A stretch of 64,000 bases of DNA from the IMG/VR virus record IMGVR_UViG_3300027815_000009, positions 5,359 to 69,358 of that record. One strand, 5' to 3'. The DNA comes from a virus (Duplodnaviria; Caudoviricetes). Of this stretch, positions 46,225 to 56,242 are shown in pieces (within the stretch, counting starts at the first letter, position 1; each line of letters begins with the position of its first letter). The notes under the pieces are model-generated. The model worked only from the letters and a program-made list of their open reading frames with translations, was not told the origin of the DNA and made no database searches. Made by a program: the position numbers and the translations under genes.

Positions 46225-46640
46225 AGTATATTCGCGCTGATTCAAAGATGGCCTACATCCGTGATGCCGCGCTGGAAGTGCTGCGCCGAGAACTCCAACT
46301 GGACGACAACGGAGACAGTTTTTTCGGTGTCGCGCCGTTGCCGGGGTGGGAGACTGGCTATTGCGCAGGTTTGAGAACCGCGTACCGCGCCCTTAAGAAC
46401 GCCGCTCCGCAGGTTGCCGAGGCAAGCAGCCCGAGAAGCGTAAAAGCACCTCCTGCGGAGTCGGCGTCCAAGTGCGTGGGAGTGCCAGTCGAAGAAACAG
46501 AAGATTCCGAGGGCGATTGGCAATGCCGGGACTTCGCGGACGGCTGGATCACATTTCCTGATCGAAAAGCGGCTGAGAAATATCAGCAGCAAACTGGCGC
46601 AATGATGCGCTATCGCCGTTTCTATACGGCGCTAATCTGA
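46098..46640 (+). CDS. Hypothetical protein (copy 2 N-terminus MKIPTDAPKK, different C-terminus)
   Basis: ORF track. Confidence 0.55.
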   Translation: MKIPTDAPKKIFLQHDPEKTGEPFDEAAEVTWCRDRINDTDIEYIRADSKMAYIRDAALEVLRRELQLDDNGDSFFGVAPLPGWETGYCAGLRTAYRALKNAAPQVAEASSPRSVKAPPAESASKCVGVPVEETEDSEGDWQCRDFADGWITFPDRKAAEKYQQQTGAMMRYRRFYTALI

Positions 46641-46670
46641 GAGGCCGCAACTACACAACAAGGAGGGGAA

Positions 46671-47018
46671 ATGACCGAATCGAACAAAGCGCCCGAGAGT
46701 GGAATGTGGGTCATCATGGAAATCTTCGGGCACCAGCGGATCGCTGGCTACATGACCGAGCAGGTTCTCGGTGGGCAGGGCTTTATCCGCGTGGACGTGC
46801 CTGCTGTTGATGGCGCGCAGGCGCACACGAAGCTCTACGGCCCAGGTGCCGTGTACGCCATCAACCCTGTAGACGAGGCGATAGCGCGCTTGGCAGCGGC
46901 GCAGATCAAACACGCCCCGGTTAGCGAGTACGGCCTTCGTGGCGTGCTGCGGAACATGCCGGAGGAACACCGGCAGCGCCTTCTCGCCGATATGACCTCA
47001 GAACAGGAGCCGTTCTGA
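46671..47018 (+). CDS. Conserved phage hypothetical protein
   Basis: W.I.EIFGH.RIAG...FIRVDVP...TKLYGPGAVYAINPVDE. Confidence 0.6.
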   Translation: MTESNKAPESGMWVIMEIFGHQRIAGYMTEQVLGGQGFIRVDVPAVDGAQAHTKLYGPGAVYAINPVDEAIARLAAAQIKHAPVSEYGLRGVLRNMPEEHRQRLLADMTSEQEPF

Positions 47019-47214
47019 TGGAACGCGGCTCTGATAAAGCGCCGCTATCAGTCGAGGCGCTCGGGAGCCTGAAGATCATTCCCGTCGAGCCCGGGCACGA
47101 ACACGAACCCGACGAGCTGGAGGCCAACGTGGACCTCCGTGCTGGCGTCATCTACGTCAGGGCTGAGGACTGGCCTCTGATCCGCGCCGAGCTTGCCAAC
47201 CTACCTACGAGGCA

Positions 47215-47958
47215 ATGATGGTCACAGACGAAATGGTGAACCGATTCCTGCAATGGCCCGTCCCGGCTGACGTGTACCCGGACGGCATCGCAGGGCAACC
47301 AGACAGGAGCGGGACCAACCTGCTGACCGCAATTCAAGCGCGGGCGATGCTGGAACACGTCCTTGCGGATGCGCGGCCCTCTCTCGCCACGCCGGATGGT
47401 GGCATATCCGATGAGTACGTAAAGACGATCTGCAATCGGTACTGGTATCCGGGTAAAAAAGATTCGTTCGAGGACATGAGAGCGCTCGTTCGAGAGGTCT
47501 GGAACACCGCCAGAGCGCAGCCGTCTGCAACGGCACCGGAACATGCCGAGGACCAGGACTTCAGCGGCTTCGGTGAGGCCATGGCGCTGACAGAGCAGGC
47601 GGTGCGGTCCTCTATACGGCAAAGCCTCCCGAATGACGAGTTAATCGCGTCCCTTCGTGAAGCGGCGTTCAAAGCCGCGCTGCCCGACCACCGATACCTG
47701 ATGCAGCAAGCGGTGGCGGCGCTATCCGCAATACTCGCCACTGAGAAGGGGCTGACACCGACCGGCCAGCACATCGCCGATTGCGAGCGCGATGCGAATC
47801 GGTATCGGTGGCTGCGCTTGTCTACGAACATGATGGACGGCGCGATGAACATTCACAGCAAGAAAAACGGCTTCCTGTTAGCAGGAGAAGAATTAGATGC
47901 TGCGCTGGATTATGCCATTCGCCGTTCAGACGACAGCAGCGACGGGAGGAAGGCGTGA
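47215..47958 (+). CDS. Mosaic accessory hypothetical protein
   Basis: MVNRFLQWPVP, GTNLLTA.QARAMLEHVL and DANRYRWLR modules. Confidence 0.55.
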   Translation: MMVTDEMVNRFLQWPVPADVYPDGIAGQPDRSGTNLLTAIQARAMLEHVLADARPSLATPDGGISDEYVKTICNRYWYPGKKDSFEDMRALVREVWNTARAQPSATAPEHAEDQDFSGFGEAMALTEQAVRSSIRQSLPNDELIASLREAAFKAALPDHRYLMQQAVAALSAILATEKGLTPTGQHIADCERDANRYRWLRLSTNMMDGAMNIHSKKNGFLLAGEELDAALDYAIRRSDDSSDGRKA

Positions 47959-48323
47959 GTCGCTACCACGGATTCTGCTGGAACGAACGCGAGCATGAGG
48001 AACAGTCTCGCCGGGACGCGCATCGCGGGCACCGCGACTACGACATGTACGACCACTCCACCTCTGACCCGTGCAAGGAGGTCTACACCAAGGAGTACGA
48101 CCGCGAGCGCAGGGCCGAGGAACGTCGAGAGGAAGAACGCGAGCAGGAACGCCAAGAGAAGCAACGGCAGGAGCGTATGGCTCACCAGAGCGCAGCAGAA
48201 CAGGCCGAATACGAGCGCCAACAATACGAGCAGGAATACTACGAGGCGCAGGAGCGAGCGCGATACGAACAAGAGCAGGAACTTCTGCCCCCTGCCGCAC
48301 GCGGCGAAGGAGAGAAGAAATGA
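47955..48323 (+). CDS. Charged coiled-coil hypothetical protein
   Basis: GGAGG SD, GTG start; E/R/Q-rich. Confidence 0.45.
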   Translation: MSRYHGFCWNEREHEEQSRRDAHRGHRDYDMYDHSTSDPCKEVYTKEYDRERRAEERREEEREQERQEKQRQERMAHQSAAEQAEYERQQYEQEYYEAQERARYEQEQELLPPAARGEGEKK

Positions 48324-48463
48324 GATACGTCGTCGCCGCACTGTTTGTCGTGTTCATCTGCATCCCTGCCGCTCTATGGTGGACGCGGGCCTGCATCGCT
48401 ATTTTCGGATCGTGCCCATGAGCGCGGCGATTCTGGATCGCCGCACTGATCTAAGGAGAAGAA

Positions 48464-50020
48464 ATGACTGAACAACCGGACCTGCTCCTCGTCAACGCAC
48501 CATCACGCATGGGGGTTTATGGCGCGCTCGCATCCTTTTCCGCGGTCGAGCCTCCGGTCTGGGCTGGGCTTATCGCTAGGTACTGCATGAATAGGGGATT
48601 CTCCGTACAGATTCTCGACGCCGAGGCCGAGGGGTTGTCCGTTGACCAAGCAGCGTGGCGAATTGCGGAGCGCAACCCACGCCTTGCGGCGTTCTGCATC
48701 TACGGGCACCAGCCCTCCGCGTCTACGCAGTGCCTTCCAGCAGCTAGCAAAGTTGCCGACACGTTGTGTTCGCACTTACAGGGCAACAAGCTCACGATGA
48801 TTCCTACACTTGCCCTCGGCACGCACCCCTCGGCGCTGCCCGAGCGCACGTTGCTAGAGGAGCCGTTCGACTTCGTCTGCCAAGGCGAGGGACCGGAGAC
48901 TATTACAGCACTGCTGAATGAATTGAATGCTGGGGTAGATCACCGAGGGGGCAAAAGCAAAGTTCCTGGGTTGTTCTGGAAAGGATATACCGCATACTCA
49001 ACAAAGCTGTTCGTTCCTATTAAGAACATCACTGACCTCGACGCCGAGCTGCCCAATCAAGCATGGGAACTGCTCGACATGAAGCGTTACCGCGCCCACA
49101 ACTGGCACCTCTGGACCGGAGATCCAGCGGGTGGATACACGAGCGTTCAGACTTCACTGGGCTGTCAATTCGCGTGCGCCTTCTGTTGCATCCAGGCGCC
49201 GTTCGGCGACGCGAGCCCGAGGATGCGCTACTGGTCGCCCGAGAACGTCGTCGAACAAATCACGGCGCTTGTGCGTGACCACAACATCTCAAACATCAAA
49301 ATCCCGGACGAAATGTTCTGTTTCAACCGCGCCCACGTGAAGGCGATCTGTAATGGCTTGATCGAACGCGGCCTCGGAGATCGTCTGAACATCTGGGCCT
49401 ACGCGCGCGTAGACACCGTCAAGGACGAGGAAATGCTGGAACTCCTGCGCCGCGCCGGTTTCCGCTGGCTCGGGATCGGCGTCGAGTCCGGATCGAAGCA
49501 CGTCCGGGATGGCGTCGAGAAAGGGCGCTTCGGAAACGAGCAGATCGCCGCGGCAATCGGCCGGGTTCGGAACCACGGCATCTGCGTCGGGGCGAACTAC
49601 ATTTTCGGCTTGCCGGACGACACGCGCGAAAGCTGCGCTGAGACTCTCTCACTAGCCTGCGAGCTGAATACTGAGTGGGCAAACTTCTATTGCGCGATGG
49701 CCTATCCCGGTTCGGCTCTCCATCGGCAGATCACGGGAGCGCGCGCGGCCGGGCGTCCCGCTCCCGCGTTGCCTGAGGACCACGGCGGCCCGAGCTGGAT
49801 CGGGTATTCGCAGCACGCTCCTGAAAGCCTGCCGCTGTCGACCGACGCACTGACCGCGCATGAAGTTCTGGACATGCGCGACGACGCCTTCCTCGCGTAC
49901 TTCACGCGGCCGGCGTATCTCGAGATGTTGGGCGCGAAGATAGGCCCGCACGCAGCCGAGCAAGTCAGGGCCATGACGGCACTCGGACGCCCACGGCGCC
50001 TACATCGGGAGCTGAAATGA
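48464..50020 (+). CDS. Cobalamin-binding radical SAM protein (class B methyltransferase-like)
   Basis: EPPVWAGLIA..ILDAEAE, LGTHPSALPE, CQGEGPET (B12 domain); GCQFACAFC; GVESGS. Confidence 0.88.
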   Translation: MTEQPDLLLVNAPSRMGVYGALASFSAVEPPVWAGLIARYCMNRGFSVQILDAEAEGLSVDQAAWRIAERNPRLAAFCIYGHQPSASTQCLPAASKVADTLCSHLQGNKLTMIPTLALGTHPSALPERTLLEEPFDFVCQGEGPETITALLNELNAGVDHRGGKSKVPGLFWKGYTAYSTKLFVPIKNITDLDAELPNQAWELLDMKRYRAHNWHLWTGDPAGGYTSVQTSLGCQFACAFCCIQAPFGDASPRMRYWSPENVVEQITALVRDHNISNIKIPDEMFCFNRAHVKAICNGLIERGLGDRLNIWAYARVDTVKDEEMLELLRRAGFRWLGIGVESGSKHVRDGVEKGRFGNEQIAAAIGRVRNHGICVGANYIFGLPDDTRESCAETLSLACELNTEWANFYCAMAYPGSALHRQITGARAAGRPAPALPEDHGGPSWIGYSQHAPESLPLSTDALTAHEVLDMRDDAFLAYFTRPAYLEMLGAKIGPHAAEQVRAMTALGRPRRLHRELK

Positions 50021-50652
50021 CCAACACCGTCATCCGCAAGCCCTGGGGCCGCGAGTATCGCTGCTATCGGAACGCCGCACTCGCCATCTGGGCGCTCCAC
50101 ATGCGCGAGGGGCGCGCGACCTCGCTCCACTGCCATCCAGGAAAGAACACCGCGTTCGTTCTGCTCCGTGGGGCGCTCGACCTGGAACTCCTGCGCGGCC
50201 CGCGGCTGTCCTTCAAGGCGCTGGACAAGATCAACGTCTTCCGCGGCCGGTTCCACCGCCTGCGCGCGATCACGGATGTCATCCTGCTCGAGGTCGAGGC
50301 GCCGGACGATAAACGCGACATCGTTCGGCTCGAGGACGACCACGGGCGCGCAGGAGACCAGCTCGAGCAGCCATCCGAACCGCTTTCGACTTCCGACCTC
50401 CTGATCAGCGGCCACGCGGCCGGCGGCTTCTTCGCCGATTGCTGGTGGTCGATCTTGCGGCCCGAATCCACGGAGGAGCTGGTTCAAGTCGCCACGGGGG
50501 ACGCGATCCTGGTCACGCTTTCCGGGGGACTGGAACGCGGCTTGCTGCCATCCGGGGACGCGATCGACGGTGCCTCAATGGCGCGCCTCGCTTCGGCATT
50601 CGGCGTTGTGGCCGGCTCTTCCTTCCTGCGGATTTCCAAGGAAACACCATGA
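50017..50652 (+). CDS. Cupin-domain protein (sugar isomerase-like)
   Basis: KPWGREY, TSLHCHPGK, GRFHRL, LLEVEAP..DIVRLED. Confidence 0.7.
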   Translation: MTNTVIRKPWGREYRCYRNAALAIWALHMREGRATSLHCHPGKNTAFVLLRGALDLELLRGPRLSFKALDKINVFRGRFHRLRAITDVILLEVEAPDDKRDIVRLEDDHGRAGDQLEQPSEPLSTSDLLISGHAAGGFFADCWWSILRPESTEELVQVATGDAILVTLSGGLERGLLPSGDAIDGASMARLASAFGVVAGSSFLRISKETP

Positions 50653-51317
50653 TGCGCCAGCGGGGAATCTCTTTCTTCCAAGACGCCTGGCATTGGATCG
50701 GCGGGGTCAGGTTCGACGTGATCTTTGATGTTGGGGCGAATGTGGGGCAATCCGCGCATGTCTTCGCAGAGATGGTTCCACAGGCGTCGATCTGGTGTTT
50801 CGAACCAGTAGAACGTGCCTTCAAAGAACTCAAGCGCAATGTCGCGTACTTTCCAAACGTCAAGCCATACCGTCTCGCGATTGGTGCAACTGGTGGTTGG
50901 GCGGATATGCACGTGGCCGAGGAGACCTCGCTAAGCTCGATCAGCGTGAACGCGCCAGGGAGCGTCGTAGAGGTAGTTCCGATGGTCACATTGGACGAAT
51001 TCTGCGGGGCGAGCGGCATCGAACGAATAGACTTCCTGAAGATCGACACCGAGGGGCACGACGTGGACGTGCTTCATGGAGCGTTCAGGATGCTCACGTC
51101 CGGGCGCGTGAATTTCGTGCAGGTCGAGGCGTCCTTCTACGGCTGGAACAAGCGATTCGTCGAATTGGGGCGCTTCGTGGATTTCATGGATCAATTCGGT
51201 TTCGAAATCTTCGGCATCTACGATCAGATGGCGCATCCGACCGGGCGCCCTTCGATCGCTTACTTCAACGCGGTCTTCGTCAACAGCACGCTGCTCAAGG
51301 AACCGCCATGGAGCTAG
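50649..51317 (+). CDS. FkbM-family methyltransferase
   Basis: IFDVGANVGQ, FEPV, TLDEF, IDFLKIDTEG. Confidence 0.88.
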   Translation: MMRQRGISFFQDAWHWIGGVRFDVIFDVGANVGQSAHVFAEMVPQASIWCFEPVERAFKELKRNVAYFPNVKPYRLAIGATGGWADMHVAEETSLSSISVNAPGSVVEVVPMVTLDEFCGASGIERIDFLKIDTEGHDVDVLHGAFRMLTSGRVNFVQVEASFYGWNKRFVELGRFVDFMDQFGFEIFGIYDQMAHPTGRPSIAYFNAVFVNSTLLKEPPWS

Positions 51318-52036
51318 GCCTGTTCGTGAAGTGCCCGCACCCGGAAATGATCGAGGCGATCGCGCTCGCCGGCATGGACTTCGCCGTCGTCGACATGGAG
51401 CACACGCCGATCTCGCCGCGTGATCTCTACCCGATCGTTCTGGCCGCGGAGCGCCGGAGCCTGTCGCTCGTCGTTCGGGTGCCGAAGAATGACGAGGCCT
51501 ACATCAAGTGGTGCGTCGATCTCGGGGTGAGGCGCATCCAGATACCAAATATCACATCAGCAAGGGATGTTGAAGCCAGTGTCGAGGCTGCGTACTTTCA
51601 CCCGCAGGGCTTGCGCGGGCTCTGCCGGTTCGTGCGCGCTGCTGACTTCTCAATTATGGCGAAGGAGAAGTACATCCCATCAGCTAATATCAAAACTGAG
51701 CTGATCTTCCAGATTGAGAGTCTGAAGGCGCTTGACCACATCGACGAAATCATCGCCGCTGCTCCGAAGAATTCGATCATTTTCGTCGGCCCGTGGGATC
51801 TCTCACAGGCCCTCGGGAAACCTGGCGAGGTCTGGGACCCTGAGGTCGTCTATGCGATCAGCCACGTGCGCCAGAAGTGCTCGGCTGCCGGCCTGCGGTT
51901 CGGGACGTTCACGGACAGCTTTCAGGGGCTCGGCGGGCTCATGCGCGCCGGCACGGACTTGATCGAGTTCGCCTCGGACTTGGCCGTGTTCATCAAAGCG
52001 GCTGCGGCGATCCGTAACGAGGCGCTCAGTGCGTAG
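51308..52036 (+). CDS. HpcH/HpaI aldolase family protein
   Basis: DFAVVDMEH, VVRVP, GLRG, FQIES, FVGPWDLS. Confidence 0.85.
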   Translation: MELGLFVKCPHPEMIEAIALAGMDFAVVDMEHTPISPRDLYPIVLAAERRSLSLVVRVPKNDEAYIKWCVDLGVRRIQIPNITSARDVEASVEAAYFHPQGLRGLCRFVRAADFSIMAKEKYIPSANIKTELIFQIESLKALDHIDEIIAAAPKNSIIFVGPWDLSQALGKPGEVWDPEVVYAISHVRQKCSAAGLRFGTFTDSFQGLGGLMRAGTDLIEFASDLAVFIKAAAAIRNEALSA

Positions 52037-52862
52037 CATCAAGGACATCTACGAACGCGCCGCCCTCTGCCGCGCATTCGAGGAGGAGGTCGCGCGTCGC
52101 GCAGAGGCCGGCGAGTTCAAGTTCCCTGTCTATTTATCGCTCGGTCAGGAGTACGCGCCAGCGACGGTTTCGGTCTGGCTCGACGATCACGGCATCACCG
52201 ACCGTCAGGTGTTCGTCCAGCACCGGGCGCATTCGCAATACATCTGCATGGGCGGCGATCTGCGCGAACTGGTCCTTGAACTGCGCGGAGACCCACGAGG
52301 GTGCTCCGGCGGGATGGGCGGGACGAACTGCCTCCAGTCTAAGAAGGCGGGCATCTACGGGCACGACGCTCTGCTCGGGACGCAGGTGCCGATTGCCGTG
52401 GGCGCGGCCTACGGGAACCGGAAGCCGACGATCTGCTTCCTCGGGGACGCCGCGGCCGAGGAGGACTACGCGCTCGCCGCGTTCGGTTGGGCTGCGACTC
52501 AGCGGCTGCCTATCCTTTTCGTGGTAGAAAATAATGGGCTATCTATTTTGACGCCAATAGCAGTAAGGCGTAGTTGGGGCGTTGTAGAAGTAGCCAAAGG
52601 CTTCGGTCTTACTGCCCTGTCTGTAACTGACGCGCCAACCGAACTGTACGCAAAAATCCCGGATATTTCTGATTGGCCCGCATTGATAGATGTACAAACA
52701 ATTCGATTACGCTGGCATTCAGGCCCCGGCGTGGATAATCTAGATGGATTTGATCGCCACCAATATGTAGCTAAAGAAGTGCCATCAGCCAAAGAGATAC
52801 AGAAACGCGCCGACAAACAAGTAAGGGAAACATGGATCGCTGCGGAACTCTATACCGCCTAG
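52029..52862 (+). CDS. TPP-dependent dehydrogenase E1 alpha-like subunit
   Basis: YLSLGQE, HRAHS, GDAAAEE, FVVENNG, RLRWHSG. Confidence 0.85.
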   Translation: MRSIKDIYERAALCRAFEEEVARRAEAGEFKFPVYLSLGQEYAPATVSVWLDDHGITDRQVFVQHRAHSQYICMGGDLRELVLELRGDPRGCSGGMGGTNCLQSKKAGIYGHDALLGTQVPIAVGAAYGNRKPTICFLGDAAAEEDYALAAFGWAATQRLPILFVVENNGLSILTPIAVRRSWGVVEVAKGFGLTALSVTDAPTELYAKIPDISDWPALIDVQTIRLRWHSGPGVDNLDGFDRHQYVAKEVPSAKEIQKRADKQVRETWIAAELYTA

Positions 52863-53455
52863 ACTTTGCAGACGGGAAATCGTATATCGGAGCTTGTATA
52901 GGCCCGGTCAGGCGGCGCTATCAAAGACACATGCGCGCGGCAAATCAATATAACAGTCAATATCCAGTACATCAAGCATGGAGGCTGTTAGGTGCCCCAA
53001 CCTTAACGGTATTACAAGATACTGTGCCATTAACCATTCTTTGGGTTGAAGAAAGTTTAGTTATTCAACGTTGCAACACCAAAAGCCCGCATGGTTACAA
53101 CGCCATTGAGGGCCAAGGAGTTCCTCCAGGAATGCTTAATAAACCTGGACCTTGGCGCGGGCAAAACATAACAGAAATCCACAAGCAGCGAATACGCTCT
53201 GCTAACACTGGCCAACAGCACACCAAAGAAACGAAAGACAAAATAAGTCGCGCACTTAAAGGGAAGTTATTTTCTGAAGAGCATCGGAAAAATCTTCGGC
53301 TCTCCCATGTTGGCAAGCCAAGCGGGCGATTGGGCCAAAAGTGCACTCAGGAAACTAAAGATAAGATACGCCAAGCTAGGCTAGGTAAACCACTCTCTTC
53401 GGAACATCGACATAAAATAAGTTTTGGGTTGCAACGATTTTATTCAAAGAAATGA
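52832..53455 (+). CDS. Free-standing GIY-YIG/NUMOD3 homing endonuclease
   Basis: LYRLDFADGKSYIG, GYN, HTKETKDKIS repeats; low GC. Confidence 0.85.
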   Translation: MDRCGTLYRLDFADGKSYIGACIGPVRRRYQRHMRAANQYNSQYPVHQAWRLLGAPTLTVLQDTVPLTILWVEESLVIQRCNTKSPHGYNAIEGQGVPPGMLNKPGPWRGQNITEIHKQRIRSANTGQQHTKETKDKISRALKGKLFSEEHRKNLRLSHVGKPSGRLGQKCTQETKDKIRQARLGKPLSSEHRHKISFGLQRFYSKK

Positions 53456-54330
53456 CAACGCTACGCGAAACTATTCGCTTGTTAACCGCCAGTCATTTGG
53501 ACGCGGGTCATATCGTGTGCGGGCAGTGCCTTTCGGCCGTGGGATTTGTGGCGAACACAGTACCAAATCATCCGAAGCTAACTGAACTTCCAATGTCAGA
53601 TGTTGCCGGGGCTTATTTTGCTGTAGGAGCCGCTCTGGTCAACAGGCGCCCGCTTCTTATTTTGCGTTATCAGGGATTCGCTTGGTTCGCCGCTTCAGCC
53701 ATCGTAAACTACGCCGCGAAGTCGAAGGAGATCTGGGGGCGCCCGTGCCCGATGCTGATCCGTTCGATCGCCATGGAGGGGCGCATCGGTCCGACCTCTG
53801 GGTCCTCGCACCACGCGCTCGCCTACAGGATGCCCGGAGTGAAAATCTATTCTCCGATGACGCCATGGGAATGGAAGGTTGCTTACGAGGACTTCATGGC
53901 CGGCGATGACGTGATGCTTCTGTCCGAACATCGCAGTGCATACGATAATGGATTAGAGATGCCTGACTCGTTCGATGATGGAGATATTACTCTTTACCCA
54001 ATATCGGTGACGCGGTTTGCTGCGGAGCAGGCCGCCATTCAATTAAGAAACGAAGGCATTACCGTGAATGTAGTGCATCTTCGTGAATTGAAACCACTGC
54101 ATATGCCATATTTATCGACGACCAAATATGGGATGGTCATTGATGACGATTATCCTGATGGTATAGCTAAGTCGTTGGCTTTTGACATTCAGAAACTTAC
54201 CGGTTCTCAAATGTGCGTAATGGGTTTGGAGGACCGTACAGCAGGCTTCGCTGCGCACCTGGATAATCTACCGCCATCAGCCGAAAAGATCGTTGAACGC
54301 GTGCGGCACGAACTTGGGATGAACCGATGA
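53452..54330 (+). CDS. TPP-dependent dehydrogenase E1 beta-like subunit
   Basis: ELPMSDVAG..GAAL...RP, IVNYAAK, GPTSGSSH, SPMTP, VVHLRELKP. Confidence 0.85.
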   Translation: MTTLRETIRLLTASHLDAGHIVCGQCLSAVGFVANTVPNHPKLTELPMSDVAGAYFAVGAALVNRRPLLILRYQGFAWFAASAIVNYAAKSKEIWGRPCPMLIRSIAMEGRIGPTSGSSHHALAYRMPGVKIYSPMTPWEWKVAYEDFMAGDDVMLLSEHRSAYDNGLEMPDSFDDGDITLYPISVTRFAAEQAAIQLRNEGITVNVVHLRELKPLHMPYLSTTKYGMVIDDDYPDGIAKSLAFDIQKLTGSQMCVMGLEDRTAGFAAHLDNLPPSAEKIVERVRHELGMNR

Positions 54331-55505
54331 ATCTGACCCACCCGCTGGCCGTCGACACGTGGGGCGCAGAGGAGCGTGCCGCCGTAGTTGGTGTTCTCGG
54401 ATCGGAGCGCGTCACGATGTGGAATAAAACGCTTGAATTCGAGGCCTATTTCGCTTCATATCTCGGGGTCGAATACGCCGTGATGGTGAACTCCGGATCC
54501 TCAGCGAACCTGATCGCCGTGGCAGCCATGGAGCAGGCGCTCCGGCGTCAGGGACGAACGCTGCGCGGCAAGGTGGCCGTGGTTCCGGCCATCGCCTGGG
54601 CGACCACCTACGCGCCGCTTCACCAGCACGGGATGCGGCTCCGCGTCGTGGACGTCGACATCGACACGCTGAACATCGACCCGCTGGCCGTCCGGGAGGC
54701 GATCTGCCCTGAAACCGCCATCGTCGTCGCGGCCAACATCCTCGGCAACCCGTGCGACCTGGCCCTGCTGCGCCTGACGTGCAACGAACGCGGACTCATG
54801 CTTCTCGAGGACAACTGCGAATCCCTCGGAGCGTCGGTCGGCGGACGGCAATGCGGCGCCTGGGGAGACGTCGGGACGCATTCATTTTTCTTCTCCCACC
54901 AACTCGCGACGGCGGAGGGCGGGATGCTCGTCACGAACCACCGCCTCGTGGCCGACCTCGCGCGCTGCCTCCGGGCGCACGGATGGGCACGAGACCTGCC
55001 GGCGGACAGCATTCTTCACGATCGCTCCGGAGACGACTTCGCTGAAGCCTACCGCTTCCTTATGCCGGGGTACAACGTCCGCCCCACTGAGATCGCCGCG
55101 GCGGTTGGCCTGGTGCAGCTCGGCAAGCTGGATGCCAGCCTTGAACAGCGCCGGCGCAACGCGGCCGAATTCAAGCGGCTGTTCGACGGCGACTGGCGCT
55201 TCCGGACGCAGTTCGAACGGCCTGGAGCTCAAAGCTCTTGGTTCGGGTTCACGATCATCCCGACGGATGCGCCTCGGAGACAATTCCTCGAGCCGATGCG
55301 GCGGGCCGGGATCGAGTTCCGCCAGATCACGGGAGGGAATTTCCTCCAGCATCCGGCGGCGGCGCAGTACGATCACGAGGTCTTCAACGGGCGCTGCCAG
55401 ATGGCGCAGTACGCGCACGACCACGGGTTCTTCGTCGGGAATCACCCGATCGACCTCGCGCCGCAGCTCATGAAGTTGCGGGACGTTCTGGAGGGGGCAG
55501 CATGA
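54327..55505 (+). CDS. DegT/DnrJ-family PLP enzyme, ColD/RfbH-type NDP-4-keto-6-deoxysugar 3-dehydratase
   Basis: VNSGSSANL, EDNCESLGA, SFFFSHQLATAEGG (His in place of the aminotransferase Lys), GYNVRPTE. Confidence 0.85.
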   Translation: MNLTHPLAVDTWGAEERAAVVGVLGSERVTMWNKTLEFEAYFASYLGVEYAVMVNSGSSANLIAVAAMEQALRRQGRTLRGKVAVVPAIAWATTYAPLHQHGMRLRVVDVDIDTLNIDPLAVREAICPETAIVVAANILGNPCDLALLRLTCNERGLMLLEDNCESLGASVGGRQCGAWGDVGTHSFFFSHQLATAEGGMLVTNHRLVADLARCLRAHGWARDLPADSILHDRSGDDFAEAYRFLMPGYNVRPTEIAAAVGLVQLGKLDASLEQRRRNAAEFKRLFDGDWRFRTQFERPGAQSSWFGFTIIPTDAPRRQFLEPMRRAGIEFRQITGGNFLQHPAAAQYDHEVFNGRCQMAQYAHDHGFFVGNHPIDLAPQLMKLRDVLEGAA

Positions 55506-56122
55506 ACCTCGACGTTGCGATCCTGGCTGGTGGCAAGGCGACCCGTCTGCGCGGCCTGTGGGATCAGTCCAAGTTCCTCGTCCCGGTCGGCGGCGTACCG
55601 CTGATCGACAGGATATTCGAGAACCTGGAGTCGCTGTCCCCGCGCGTGGTGTACCTGCTCCTGGACGACCGCGGCCCGGAGATCATAGCGCACGTGAAGG
55701 AGATGAAAACCACGCTCCTGATCCGCCCCGTGTTCGAAGGCGCGCCGATCGGCACATCCGGCGCCCTGCGCGGGCTCCTGAAGATCCACGAGTCCGTTCC
55801 GGTCGACATGCGCGCGCCGTTGATGGTGCTGAACCACGACACGCTGCCGCTGTACCCGCTCGCCGCCTTGGCCGAATACCACGCGCAGCGCCACGGGGCG
55901 TGGGCAACGGCGGCGTTCGTCCATCACGCAGACTCCTGGCGCGACGTGTACGCCGGTGCCTCCGTCCTGAGCGTCGAGGCTCAGCGCGAGATCTGCGCCG
56001 ACGAGCGGACGCACGATTTCCCAGTTCACCTACTCGGCGCGCACCGATTCTATGTCCCATGGTTCCTGGACGTCGGAACGCCGGAAGGGTTCAACAAAGC
56101 GAAGGAGTGGAAAGATGAATGA
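55502..56122 (+). CDS. Sugar-phosphate nucleotidyltransferase (HddC-like)
   Basis: ILAGGKATRL, K.LVPVGG.P, IGTSGAL, LNHDT, FLDVGTPE. Confidence 0.8.
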   Translation: MNLDVAILAGGKATRLRGLWDQSKFLVPVGGVPLIDRIFENLESLSPRVVYLLLDDRGPEIIAHVKEMKTTLLIRPVFEGAPIGTSGALRGLLKIHESVPVDMRAPLMVLNHDTLPLYPLAALAEYHAQRHGAWATAAFVHHADSWRDVYAGASVLSVEAQREICADERTHDFPVHLLGAHRFYVPWFLDVGTPEGFNKAKEWKDE

Positions 56123-56242
56123 GACGGTTGTCCTGAACGAGTGGGTCCTGATGCTGATCATCTTCGTGAGCGTGCTGTCGGGTTCAATCGTTGGAGTCAT
56201 CATGGCGATTTCGTTCAGGCGACGGCCGCCGGCGAGGCTCGG

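Noticed and set aside
52832-53455. Group I intron splitting the E1 genes
   Set aside because: E1 alpha and beta are each complete ORFs with their own stop and start; no intron core visible; free-standing endonuclease is more parsimonious
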